Assembly: GCA_030704615.1 (NCBI GenBank)
Contig: CM060731.1
Span: 23,250,001 to 23,314,000, forward strand
Origin: Takakia lepidozioides
Taxonomy: Eukaryota; Plantae; Bryophyta
Direction: 5' to 3'
Length of the DNA stretch: 64,000 bases
Under the pieces are notes generated by a model, which searched no databases, was not told where the DNA came from, and saw only the letters and a program-made list of their open reading frames with translations. Every line of letters starts with the position of its first letter. The stretch's first letter is position 1. The translations under genes were made by a program, and so were the position numbers. Shown piece by piece: positions 13,455-25,778 of this stretch.

Positions 13455-14307
13455 CAGTGTTGTCCGGGTTTTGAAGGCAGCTACCCGGCGGGTTAGGATC
13501 CAGGTTACCCGGACCCGGGCTATCGCAAAAAACCCGAACCCTGACCCGGGTTCATTTGCTGAGTCCAGAACCCCTTTAACCCGCTACCCGCGGGCCAATG
13601 TAGCGGGTTAGGGTCCGGGTCTTAATTTTAGATGGGGCATGCGGGGTAGGAGAGGGGACGAGCAGCAATAGGCCACTGCAGCAGCCAGCCCCACCACGTT
13701 GTAGCCCAGTGGTAATGGCCACACACCACCTCAAAAGCGGTTGTGGGTTCAATCCACGGCGTGGTGTCACAAAGTTGTGCCCTATGGGACCATAATTTAC
13801 ACCTCCCAAAGGAGGCGTCTTATATTATTATTAGGCCAGATCCTACACATCCATGCTATAATGATCTATCCTTGAGGCATATTACTATTCTTAACATGTT
13901 TAAAGAATTGATATTAAAAAATAGAAAATGGAACTCAAACTTCTATTTTAATTCTTGTGTTAAATGAGCAATACATATTCATGGTATATTTTCTCTTAAA
14001 ATAAAATTCATTATTAGGATTTAAATTTTTTTCCAGCCCATAATATTTTTTCCCTAATTAATCTTATTTTTCTAATTTATTTAATCAATTAATTAGGACC
14101 CGGATCCGAACCCGTGAACCCCGCTAATATTTCCCAACAACTACCCGGACCCTAACCCGAGTCCATGTTGACAAACCCGGACCCGAACCCAGACCCGGAT
14201 TTTCCAAATTTCAAAAACCCGGATCTGGACCCGGACTTGGCTCCAAAAAGAAAACCCGAACCTCGACCTGGCGGGTTCCTTAAAAAGGTAGAACCCGCAC
14301 AACACTG
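13455..14307. mobile_element. hAT-type MITE (853 bp)
   Basis: 16-bp TIRs CAGTGTTGTCCGGGTT / AACCCGCACAACACTG (1 mismatch); perfect 8-bp TSD gaaaatac (13447-13454, 14308-14315); dense subterminal ACCCG/CGGGT repeats; AT-rich core. Confidence 0.9.
13692..13766 (+). other. tRNA-derived (SINE-head-like) segment inside the hAT MITE
   Basis: Box A-like TAGCCCAGTGG, box B-like GGGTTCAATCC, ends caccacg.../...cgtggtg can pair; no convincing anticodon arm. Confidence 0.4.
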
Positions 14308-14319
14308 GAAAATACAATA

Positions 14320-14436
14320 GCGACCACTCACAAATCAGACCCCTTAATTATACCGCACCCGACAAGGTAGCAGGATTTGAACCCAGAATCACCTGGGTGG
14401 CATCAGTGCTGTATCGAACTGAGCTATGGACCGGTG
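14320..14436 (-). mobile_element. tRNA-derived SINE-like fragment
   Basis: Minus strand reads ...TAGCTCAGTTCG (box A)...GGGTTCAAATCC (box B); boundaries approximate. Confidence 0.45.
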
Positions 14437-14959
14437 GTACTTTTCAATGTGTTGTCAATTTTCTTTTTCGTTTTTGTTTTTTGCTTTTGTAATGAGAAAA
14501 TAATAAAATTATGTTGATGGGATCTTTTTCCATATTGAAACCGTATCTTTTTGAAGTATGGTTCTATCATACTTTTTAGAAAAGCTAAGTTCACATCCAA
14601 AGAGAAGACAAAAGCACTTTAAGACAAACTCTATATAAGGGTTCCAATTTTTATTCTACTTCACACACACTTCATCTTTGACCTTCACCTCCTTTTTTCG
14701 TGGTCTTTGTTGCTCAAATATAGTTTTATAGCTCCCTCTCTCTTTGGATCTTGCTCTCAATAGTTTTGGTAGCGCTCTCTCTCTCTTCTTGATCTTGTTC
14801 ACTTCTTTATGCTGCTCGATACTATCGTCGGTTTGTCAAAGGATTTAGCAGCATTGCAAAGGTTCTTACCAAGTTGACCAAGGTGCGCTTGCTTCGGCAA
14901 CGCGTCCACCTTTTTTTTTGACCAAGGTGGGTCAGACAAAATCAATCACAATACGCCCA

Positions 14960-16393
14960 TTTGAAAAGCGACGTGCTAGATATCCAAAAAATATTTCTCC
15001 GTAACCGCCTCGGATGCATTTCTCATTTCTGAGGCACGCACCTAAATTGCCTCCACTTGATGATAGCCCTTCCATTTCACGAGATACTCCGTTTCTCGAT
15101 TCTTGAACCTCCTCGACTTAAGCACTGTCTCCACCTCATACTCAGGTTCATTTTCATGATCCAACAGCACAGGTGGCGGACGCAACACTTGATGCCGATT
15201 CGGACGCGCTTCTTCTTTGAAGTAAGGCTTCAAAAGGGAGACGTGGAATACTGGATGCACCTTGTTGTTTGCCTGCAGCTCCAATTAATACACATCCTCA
15301 TTCATAACCTTCCAGATGCGGAAGGGCTCCGCATACGGAGGTACGAACTTTGGACTCACTTCCGGAGGTAGTCGAAAATTCTTGATGTTCAACCAGACCT
15401 TTGTGCCTGCCTTAAACTTTACTTCCCTCCGCTTCCGATTCGTCTGTCGTTCATACTGTTTCCTAGCTTTGGCAATGTTGTACTTTGCGAACTCCAACAA
15501 ACGCTCGCGTTCTTTCAACACCGCTGTTACTGCCGGTTCCTCAACGTCCTGGGCGGCCCAACTTATCGGCACCAGAGGTGTTTTTCCATAGACCAATACG
15601 AAAGGGGAAACTCCCGTTGCGGAGTGTTTTGTGTTATTATAACAGAACTCTGCCGCATCCAAGTGCTCCACCCAGTCTGATTGGTCTGCCGACACATAAT
15701 ACCGCAAGATCTGCTTCACCACGGAATTCACTCTTTCCGTTTGGCCATCCGTCGTAGGTCGGAAGGCGGTGCTCATCTTGAGCCTCATCCCCATTTTCTT
15801 CCAAAGTGTCTTCCAAAATTTACTTGTAAACTATGGATCGCGGTCCGAGACAATATCCTTCGGAAGTCCATGATGCTTGAAGACGTGGGCGAAGTAAAGT
15901 CGTCTCGTCTCTTGCGCCATTGCCGTCTCTTTGGTGGGAATGAAATGGCCCATTTTACTGAACCTATCAACCACCACCATGATTGCATCGAATCTTTTTG
16001 ACAACGGCATAACAGTCATGAAATCCATCGAGATACTTTCCCAAGACCCCTCTTGGATCGGCAAAGGTTGTAACAACCCCGCTTGTTTTTTGTACTCGCT
16101 CCGGTTTTGTTTGCATGTGGTGCATGTCTTGACATACTCCTCGGCCTCCTCCCTCAGTTTGGGCCAGAAATACTCTTTCTTCTAAAGGGCCGCGGTGCGT
16201 TTGGCTCCGTCGTGGCCCGCAAGCGGGCCATCGTGGCATTCTCTCAAGAGACTATCTCTGATCCATCCCTTCGGCACGTAGAGACGCTTTTGCTTGTACC
16301 GGAGCAGTCCATTATGCAAGTGGAACTACAATTTAACCCCCAACTCAAGTTCTGCATCACGGACTTCGCCATCTCGTCTTTCCGGTAAGCCTT
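14960..16393 (-). mobile_element. Ty3/gypsy chromovirus, 3' part (integrase + chromodomain), degenerate
   Basis: Zn finger (ECHDGPLAGH...TCTTC), core (WESISMDF, IVSDRDP, TDGQTERVN), GPY/F-like PPYAEPFRI, chromodomain EYEVETVLKSR...EYLVKWKGY; several stops; no 3' LTR seen. Confidence 0.92.
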
Positions 16394-19300
16394 CACTAGA
16401 AGCATTCGTGTCTTTTCCGAATCGACTGCATGTCCAAAACCACTGAGGGAACAACTTTGAGATGTTTGTTACTATTATACAGTCGTAACGGATAAATTCG
16501 CATTTCTAATGGCGGATAGAAGTTGCATCAATGACTCCGCAGTCGGCGCAATATTCGTGACGATTTAATTCAATTACGTATTTTTTATTTATTTTTTAAA
16601 CAGCAATTACAAGTGGTTTTAAGCACTAGAGAACGACTCTTAACAACTAGGCATTCATTGCACACCCTATTCAAAAATGGAATTTTTATAAGTGCTCCAC
16701 ATGGATCATGACGTGGAATATTTTAATGTATTTTAGGGCTTGTGTGGCTCGTAGATATTGTTCTAATCGTCGGATGTAAAATGATCTAAGGGTAAAGAGT
16801 AACTTTGTCCTTTGCCTGAATTTGTCTAAGTGTTGGGAGAGGGATGGAGGCTTGAGAGAGAGACGAGCAAGTGATGCGAGAAGGACGAAGACCAAATCGA
16901 GGCCCATGTCATGTTGTTGCAAGCGTTTATGGCGTCAAGGGCGCATTATGTGCAAATGTGGGCTCTTGGCTCCCCTTTGTACCATGATTTGGTATTCTTC
17001 CTGATGATCACAAGGTTCTTGGGGGAATCAGCTTGGTCTTAGCAGCCCATATTTTAATCTCTGCCCGCTCAGCTGCACCGTGGTGGTTCTTACGAACCAA
17101 TCCCACATTACCTGACTACAGATACAAGCAGCACGCACAAGAGGTCTTCTTGGGTTCATGGTCAGTCTAATCTGCAATGGGTCATGACACAAGGTAGAGG
17201 ACAATTTGGTGAGGGCACCTTCTTCTTCGAGCTATTTCAGCCTGTTTTGCCGAGATGTAGTGTCGTGAAGTGCGATGCTTGCAGGGTATGCACAGCAGGG
17301 ACGTGGGATGGAGGCTTTGGAGACCTATGAAGTTGCGAAGGGAGAGTTTGATAACATGGCTGAACGAGATGTTGTCTCAAGGAACACGCTGAATCTTGCA
17401 AGATATGGCCAACATGTGTGCGGGATGAGGGCATTGGAGACATATTAGCAAATGTTGCGAGAAGGGGTGCAGCCTAACCGGGTCACGTTCATTTGTGTTT
17501 GCAATGCATGTGCAAACTTGGCAGCCCTGGAGACTTGGTAAAGGGCAAAGAGGTCCATCGTAACATCGTCAAAGCTGGAACTGTACCAGATGTAACAATA
17601 CCTCGTCGACATGTATGCCAAACGTGGGAGCATTCCCTTGTGGACAAGGAGTGTTCAACAATATGGCTGAGCGAAATGTGGTGTGGTGGAACGTGATGAT
17701 CGCAGGACATGCACAACATGGGCGGGGATTACGGGTTTTGGAGACCTATGAGCAAATGATGTGGGTCTAGGGGGTGAAGCCCGAGCACATTACATTTGTT
17801 TGTGTTTGTAGTGCATGTGCGAGCCTGTTGGAGAAGGGCAAAGAGGTCCATGGTTGCATCGTCAAAGTTGGAATTGTGGTAGATGTCATTCTGAACATGA
17901 ATACCCTTTTACATAGGGAGTGTTCAACAATATGGCTGAGCAAAATGTGGTGTCATGGAAAGTGAAGATCGCAGGACATGCACAACAGGGGCGGGATTGC
18001 AGGTTTTGGAGATCTATGAGCAGTTGATGTGGGAGGGGGTGAAGTCCGACCACATTACGTTGAGAGAGTTCAAATGCCTCTCCACCATGACCTTGCTTAG
18101 CTAACCATGTCTTGCTGATGTTGTTGTCTTGCACTTGAGCTGTTTTTGGACACTGGCTGGAACATCCACAAGGCGGCTCTGCTCGAAAGAGAAATCAGCT
18201 TGAATGCAGGGCAGATTTTGAGATCACAATCACCACTCAGAACGCTGTTCTTTGCACCGGAATGGCATGTTAGCATGCATATCAGCCCAAACTCATTACT
18301 CCGTGAGCCTTCCACTGCCGGAGTGTACCCATTCAAGCCAGATCTTCGAAACGCAGGGATGGAACGGGGTTTTGAAACCAGCATTGCCCAACTGGATACC
18401 CAATTCAGCTCCGCATCTTGGTCCATTAATTTGCTGCACATTGTGAAGTTTTTTGCCCATTCACCGCAAGTTGAAGAAGGAGTATTCTTAAAACACGGGT
18501 TACTCATAATCTGAAAATGGCTCTAGCTTATGTTGCTTGAGTGCGAATATGAGTGTGGTTGGCTTGGCAGCTTTACATCCGGTCCATCCCACTCGATATG
18601 ATGAGCAGGTTCAGCTTGACTTCTCTCACACAAAAGACGCTGCCAAGATGGGGTTTGCTGCCCTAGATGACTTCCTGTCGTTGTTCTGGGCTGCAACATA
18701 CAATTAATCTGGCCCATGGCGAGGGGCCTTGCCTTCCACCAATCATCTGTAAGTCCTGTGAAACTATTTTTGTGGCAGTTTGTAAGCAGTGGGCAGCGAT
18801 GGTGGGCTGTTGTAGGATTTGATGAACTCAATGTCGTGTACCGACAACAACCCCTCATCTCTTATGCAAGCATTCAACAAGCTAAGTTGACTGCAGAGCA
18901 TATTCAGCCCCCCACGTTTCTAGTTGCCTAATGTTCTTCATCTCCTGGGCAGAGCATTTTTCCAGGGTCTCCATCTGTGATGACACACTATCTTCTCATG
19001 TGGTTTCAGCTTCTGGTCTTGCTCTTGTTGCACCACCCCAATGAAGGGCAGTTCCCACCTGCTTGATTCTCTCCATATGGTTGTCTTGGCAGGGTTTCCC
19101 ACAACTGCCTTTCCTTTTCGGACTGCCAGTCATCAGCCTCATTCTCCAATGCTTCACTTTCTTCCCAAGTGAAGTGCTCTCCTCTTTTATGCTTCAACGT
19201 CCCTGCAGGTGTCTTTTCCTTCATCTCCCGTGGTGCTTTTGAATGAATGAGCACTGATTTGCATCTGTTGGCAACACTTACGGTGTTCCTTTCCTTGCAT

Positions 19301-22300
19301 GCCACTGCAGGCCCGTCATTGACTTTCTTGGCAGGGAAGTCTCCTCCTTCTCCCTCATTTTCTGGCTCTGTTGGTGCCCCACTCACCATGCTATCAGGGC
19401 TGCATTTATTTCGTGGTGTTGTGCCAGCCAAAGGCGATCTTTCACTGGTCCGATTGTTGGCAGCAGCTAATTGGAGTCTTCTTGGCAGAGTCTCCCACAA
19501 GCTCCCATCAATTTCAGGCATCAGGTTTTTACCCCTGCCCTTCCACTTTTCATAAGCGAGGTGCCAAACAGCCCTTGTGTGGGGAACTTCAACGAAAGGC
19601 AACATCTCATTCTCAGCTCCTGTCTTTGTACCTCTTTGCAGCAGTCCAGCCTCAGGTGCCTCACTTTCTGATTGCTAGGTTGCATTCTTCGACCACCAAC
19701 CTTTGACAAGAAAGTGTGCTTCATCTTCCTCATCTTCTACTGGTTCCCTTGGTGCTTCACCTCGTATGTCTTCATCCTCATGTTTTAGCAGCAGCTCCCA
19801 TGCCTGAATTGCTACTTTTCCTCGTAGTTGATTTTGTGCTTTCCTTTTTCTCCGTAGTTTAATCAAATTTTTTGTCTTGGCAGCTCCCTTGCCATGAGTG
19901 CCTTGTCTCACTGCATCTCCCTTGGCTGCCCACCATCCGTGGAGTCTTTCTTGCACCATTTTGACCCTCGTTGGCATGCACTTTGCTGCGATGCCCCACA
20001 TGTATTTGCTGCTCCCTTTAATCATCAACATAGTGCTCCAAAGCCAGTTCCTCATTGTTGACTAGTTGACCTTCTCAACCCTTGGACCCCATTTTCCCTT
20101 CTCCCATGTTGCCTCGTCTTTCTGCTTCATCATTTGCTTTACTTGCACGATGTTGCTTCTTCCCTACAGCTCATCATGTGTTGTGGCTTTTTCCCATGTT
20201 GCACTCACTCCCATCACACGTTGTGCAATTGATAAGATTGAGATGAGTTGATGCAGGATAGGGGGAGGGCTTGCTGGTGTATGTTGTCCGATAGGCCCCA
20301 CGCACAGAGTCAAAGCTGGAAGTCAGCCTTGCAAGGACCCAAGTGAGATAAGTCTGGTGGGGGTAGCATCTTGGGGGATGGCAGTTAGGGCAATGTGTGT
20401 CTAGGGCAATATATGTCATAGCAGCGGGTGATGTGCTGCCAATTTTGAGGATAGAGACAGCCTGTAAGCTGTAGATTTGTATCAGTGGTTTCTTCTGACA
20501 CATATTGCTCCTAGTTTGCCACAACCAGTTTTGTTTGCGTTTGTAGTGCATGTGCGAGCCTGCTGGGGAAGGGCAAAGAGGTCCATGGTTGCATCGTCAA
20601 AGCTGGAATTGTGGCAGATGTCATTCTGAACAATACCCTTGTGGACAGGGAGTGTTCAACAATATGGCTGAGCGAAGGATAGAGTGTAATGACTGCTAAT
20701 GAAGGTACCTTCTTCAAATTCACCTTGTTTTTCCCTCTTATCAGAATCGCCCCTAATTATTCATGTCTGAATTCTGCAGGTTAGCTGGTTGAGTAAAGCT
20801 TTGATAGTTTGGAGTGACTTTGACATGATTCTGCCAATGTGACAATAGGAAAGTATCAGAAACAGGTAACACAGATGAGGAGAAGTTGTGGAATGAATAC
20901 TTTTCTGACCCCAGTCAATGGTGGGACAATCGAGGCAAGAAGGTGAATGTTTGTTGGATTATAGAGAGTAGCAGATGCAATTGAGTGTAGGAACTAGTGT
21001 GATAAGTTGAGTTGGGTGCTTCCTAGAACAAGTCTAGGCTGTCATCGTCAACTGCTAGCAACAAGGCAAGGTTGTATGCATGATTCGTGCGAGGCATGGA
21101 TAGCTGAAGGAGCAAGGATAGAGTGTGGGTGTAGATTCACCCAAGAGGGCCGGACTTCAAGCTCCAGATTAACTATGAAGCTACAAGAAACCTACATGGA
21201 TAGATGGTCAACTGGCAGCAATGGCACAATTGATAAAATCAGACATTGTTAATGAAGGCATCTTCTTCAGCACATTTCACCCTGTTTTTCCCTCTTATCA
21301 GAATCGGCCCAAATTTCCATGTTGAATTCTGCAAGTTAGCTGGTTGAGTGAATCTAGTTTGGAGTGACTTTGACATGATATTGCTATGTGACAACAAGAA
21401 AGTATCAAAAAACAAGTAACAGACATGAGGAGAAGCTGTGGAGTGAATACTTTTCTGCCCCCAGTCAATGATGGGACAACTGAGGCAAAAAGGTGAATGC
21501 CTGCTACATTTCAGAGAGTAGCAGACGCAATTGAGCATAGGAACTAGTGTGATAAGCACAGTTGGGTGTTTCATAGAACAAATGTAAGTTGTCATTGTCA
21601 GCTACTAGCAGCAAGGCAAGGATGAATGCATGATTTGTGCAGGGGCATGGATAGCTGAAGGAGCAGGGATAGAGTGTGGTCCAGATTCATCCTAGAGGGC
21701 CAAATTTCAAGCACAAGATTACCTATGATTCCCTGTGGATCAATAACTACAAGAAACCTCCATGGGTAGATGGTCTATTCCGTGGAACTCGCTGAAGTCT
21801 TGCATTATGAGGATCAGAGTTGCTTGGCAGCTTACTTGCACGAGGCCTTGACCCTTAGGCAATCCCCAGAGCAGCAGTAGCTTTTGGGCTGCTTTTTTAT
21901 TTTGTGTTTTTCATTTTGTCCCATAAGCTCTTTGAGCTTTCCGCAGATGTAATAAAGTACCATTTTGTTTCATTTCATTCATTTTCATTTCATTTTGTTT
22001 CATGACATGTCTTTCATCGTTTGTGCATTTCTAATGCATGATTAGTTCTCTTGTATGGCATTACTAGTCGACTCACTACAAACACCAAAACTCCAAAGCA
22101 TGAATCACTATGAATGATTGTTCGAGTAATTTCGAGCACTTTATGTAAAGTAGTAAAGCAGTGGTTGCGCCAACTTCCGCAGTCGCAATTGCCACTTGGG
22201 CATGTAGCACTGCAAGTTATGTGGTCTACTGCCACATGGCGCCCCTGGCCCGTGGCCATGTGGCAGCAGTGTTGCTCGTTGTGGCGCCGCCACGTCGGCG

Positions 22301-22636
22301 TCCACATCGTCGTCCACGTCCGCGTCCATGTGTCACCGCGCTTCGGTGAGTCGGTCCACTCATCCGGAGGGAAAAATCAAAGTCAGCCCAAAAGGTCAGA
22401 CACACAGGCGGCCCGCCTGGTTACGCCACGTGGTTCTTTAGCATTAATCGCATTAATCGCTGAGCAGTTGTTCGCACGTCTGCGTCCTTTACCACTCTAA
22501 TCATTGGATGTCCAACCCAACTACCACGTCTGTTGGAACTAGTGGTTTGTAACTTCCAGTCTATCCCAGTTTTTTGACTTTTACGACTCAAAATGAGTCG
22601 TTACCCCAGTGGTAAATGACACGAATGCTTCTAGTG
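16394..22636. mobile_element. Non-autonomous CACTA (En/Spm) element, 6243 bp, carrying gene fragments (Pack-CACTA)
   Basis: 19-bp perfect TIRs CACTAGAAGCATTCGTGTC at 16394 and (reverse complement) ending 22636; 3-bp TSD ctt on both sides. Removing it restores the gypsy pol frame (...K-I-R-K-A-Y-R-K-D...). No transposase seen inside. Confidence 0.93.
17018..21800 (+). pseudogene. PLS-class PPR + OSB-type PDF-motif gene relic (CACTA cargo), internally rearranged
   Basis: PPR pieces (PNRVTFICVCNACA...GKEVH..IVKAG..PDV...LVDMYAK; MAERNVV.WNVMIAGHAQ) at 17.3-18.06 and 20.53-20.68 kb. PDF motifs EEKLWNEYFSDPSQWWDNRGKK|intron|IHPRGP(D/N)FK at 20.87-21.2 and 21.42-21.79 kb. Many stops and frameshifts. 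Confidence 0.75.
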
Positions 22637-25600
22637 CTTCCGGATCTTCCTTTGGAGCGCCGTCTCGCCCCTGTACACCAACATAAGCTGCTGCTTTCTA
22701 CTTAAAGCATCAGCCACCACATTGTCTCGTCCCGATACGTCGAACACTGCCAAAGTGTCTTGTCACCTAAGTTGTTTTGGGGATAACTTAGGCTGTGTGG
22801 TAAAATACTTCACCGTGATATTGTCTGTGAACACCTTCACCGGTTGGAACCAACATAGTGGCGCCAAAGCTCAAGGCAATGCACCACCGCCTTCATTTAT
22901 TTCTTGTGCATAGGCCACCGTCGCTCCACTTCATTCAGTTTCTTACTTTCGTAAGCCACTGGACGTCCATCCCAATTGCGAAGTCCGACGCATCTGTATG
23001 AATCTCAAATGGACGGTCGAACTCCGGGATTTTCAAGACTGGAACTTCCGCCATCCGCTGCTTCAACTCGGCAAAAGCTTGGCCACAAAAGGTGTTCCAT
23101 ACCCATACCTTGGACTTACACAGAAGGTCTGACAGCGGCCCCGCGATCTTGGCAAAATTTCTCACATACTTTCGGTAATAGGAGGCGAGTCTTAGGAAGG
23201 ATCGCACTCCCGGGACCGAAGTCGGAGGCTCCCAGTCCAAGATCGCCCTCACCTTTCTGTCATCCATTTTGATTCCATCCTGTGTAATCACATGCCCTAG
23301 GAACTCCACTTTTGTGACCCCGAATTCACACTTTGAAGCTTTGGCATACAGCTTCCCTTCCCACAATTTCTGGAACACCTTTTTGGGGTGCTTCAGGTGC
23401 TCTTCCTTTGTTTTCGAGTACACCAAGATGTCGATGTACACGATCACAAAGCCATCCAACCACTCCTGGAAAAGGCTGTTCATTAGCATGCTAAAGGTCG
23501 CGGGTACGTTGGTGAGCCCAAAAGGCATCACCAAGAACTCATATGAATCATATCTTGTCATGCACGCGGTCTTCTCCTCATCTCCTTCCGCCACTCGGAT
23601 TTGATGGTAATCTGCGCGCTCCGGCTGAAATACTTTGCTCCTGCCAACCGATCGAAGAAGTCGTCGATCTTTGGTAAAGGATACCGGTTTTTGATAGTCA
23701 CCTTATTCAGAGCCCTGTAATCGACACACATCCGCACCGTCCCATCCTTCTTGTCTGCGAATAGCACCGGGGCTCCGTAAGCTGACTTACTCGGCCGGAT
23801 GTACCCCTTTGACATTAGATCCTTGAGCTGGGCCTTCAGCTCGACCAACTCTCTGTTGCTCAACTGGTAGGGTGCCTTGGCAGGCGGCTCCGATCCCGGT
23901 ATCACCTCTATCTTGTGGTCAACTCCTCTTCGCGGTGGTAAGCCGCTTGGTAAATCCTCCGGCATCACATCCTGATATTTCTCCAGGATCCCCTTGATCC
24001 AATCTAGGCTTGGCTCCCTATCGACTTCTCCGTCCACTTGTCTTACGTAAAGCAAAAACTGGGGTTCGTGTGGCTCATCCACGGCCCACTCCTTTGCTGT
24101 CAGCAGGTTTATTCGCCCTCCCACTCGGTTGGGCATTTCCGACACCCATAAAACTTCGTCACCATCCCCACCTGGTAGCGTGACTACTCTCTTGCAGCCA
24201 TCTATGACCGCTCCGGATTTGCTCAAAAATGCCATCCCCTAAATGAGATCCACTCCCTCGATCTCGCAAATGGTGAAGTTCTCACGTCCCTCCCAACTCC
24301 CCAGCTGAAGAGGAACATCGAACGCCAACCTCGTCGTCAGTTATGGTTCTTCTTTGGCAGATCGCACTTCAATAGAGGCCCCCACATCACTTGTCGGGAG
24401 CCCCAGCTTCCGTGTCGTTGCCGGTGTCATGAAGGAGTGCGACGCTCCTGTGTCCACCAACAACGACACGTTAGTTCCAAAAATTATCCCACTCACGAAC
24501 ATTAACTGACTTCCTTTACGCAAGGGGCCAGTCTCCGGATACAACTCACAAGAGTAGTTGCCTACCTTGCAAGTCTTGGCAACCACCGCTTCCACCAAGC
24601 GGCTGATGGAATCTTCGGACAGCTCCGTGGTCGCCCGAGTCATGTTCAATTGTTGGGGTTTTGCGCACTTCTTGGCCATGTACCCGGGCTCCCCCCAATT
24701 AAAGCAAACTCCATCGAAGGTCGCCTTCTGTCCGCCATAAGCCGCCGCACCCGATTTTCTTTTCGGGGCACCGAGTGCCGCTTTGACGTGTGAAGGCCCT
24801 CCCTTCGATTTCCATGTGCCATTGTCGCCTCGTGGCTTATCCCACTTCTTTTCCGGTCGGAAGGAGTCACCCTTCCGCCGGGTCTTCTTGTGGTTCAGTT
24901 CCGTACGGCCTTGTTTTTCGCCCCTAGGGACAAGAACTTATGAAAAGACAGTTTGTGCCCCTCAACGCGTCTTGGCTCGCCCGGGACAAGATGAGGAATT
25001 TGAAGCAAACGGATGACATTCGGGGATATGTTCAGGCTTTCAATGTGTTGTTGCTGGAAGTCGTGGATATGACAGAACCAGAAATGATCTTCAACTTTGT
25101 GGCGGGACCGGCCCCATGGGCCAGGCGGAAGTTGGAGGAAAAGTCACCTAAGACTTTGAACGAGGCAATTGAAAGGGTTGAATGTTTCTCGGATGAACCT
25201 ACTCCAACTCAAGGTTTCTGGGTTTGGACCTTGGTCATGAAGGCGTTTTTGCCACCATTGTTGAGCATAGCCCCTCAAATAGGTGGGAGCCACTTCCACC
25301 CGATCCTTGTCACTCAACTTGGCCGCCCGGAAGTACTGCTCTAGCTCCAAGAGCCAGGTGTTGAGTGCCTTCCGATTTCGGACGCCCTCGAAGGTGCCGG
25401 GTTCCTTAGGCTTCACCTTAAACTTTGCCTTAGTGGAAGTGGCATTAGCCGCCCTCAACATCTTTTAACTTCCCACCAAACTACGCCAACAACCCTTCCC
25501 AAAATGCTGCTGGCATGGGAGACATCTGTTGGTTTGGCGGAGCCTCTGGGAAGTCCTCGGGCTCCGACTCCCAAAATTCCTCCCGTTCTTGAGTGGCCTC

Positions 25601-25778
25601 GCTTTCAGAAGCATGAATCGCCTCTTCCAATTGCCGCTTTGGTGACATGTCGCCCCCACCGGGCTCACCAGGATCATCATCTTTCGGGCCGTTCCGCTTT
25701 CGCTTTGTCTTGCCCGACCCCATGATGAGGCCGATCTCAAGGACGATCGCATATTGAACTCTAAGCTCTGATACCAAG
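22637..25778 (-). mobile_element. Ty3/gypsy chromovirus, 5' internal part (gag, protease, RT, RNase H), degenerate
   Basis: Gag (KPKEPGTFEG...WLLELEQYF; degenerate Zn knuckle), protease LLVDTGASHSF, RT ([27 protein letters not shown]), RNase H (HTDASDFAIG, NVVADALSR). Confidence 0.93.
25765..25776 (-). promoter_or_regulatory. Primer binding site (tRNA-iMet) of the gypsy element
   Basis: Minus strand TGGTATCAGAGC, two bases after an LTR end ...CGCGACA (25779). Confidence 0.9.

Noticed and set aside
13692-14436. Functional tRNA genes
   Set aside because: Only box A/B-like motifs; a full cloverleaf with anticodon arm could not be folded.
14819-14884. YYRRFVKGFSSIAKVLTKLTK, gypsy RT/RNase H linker on + strand
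   Set aside because: Plausible remnant but only ~22 aa; too short to define an element.
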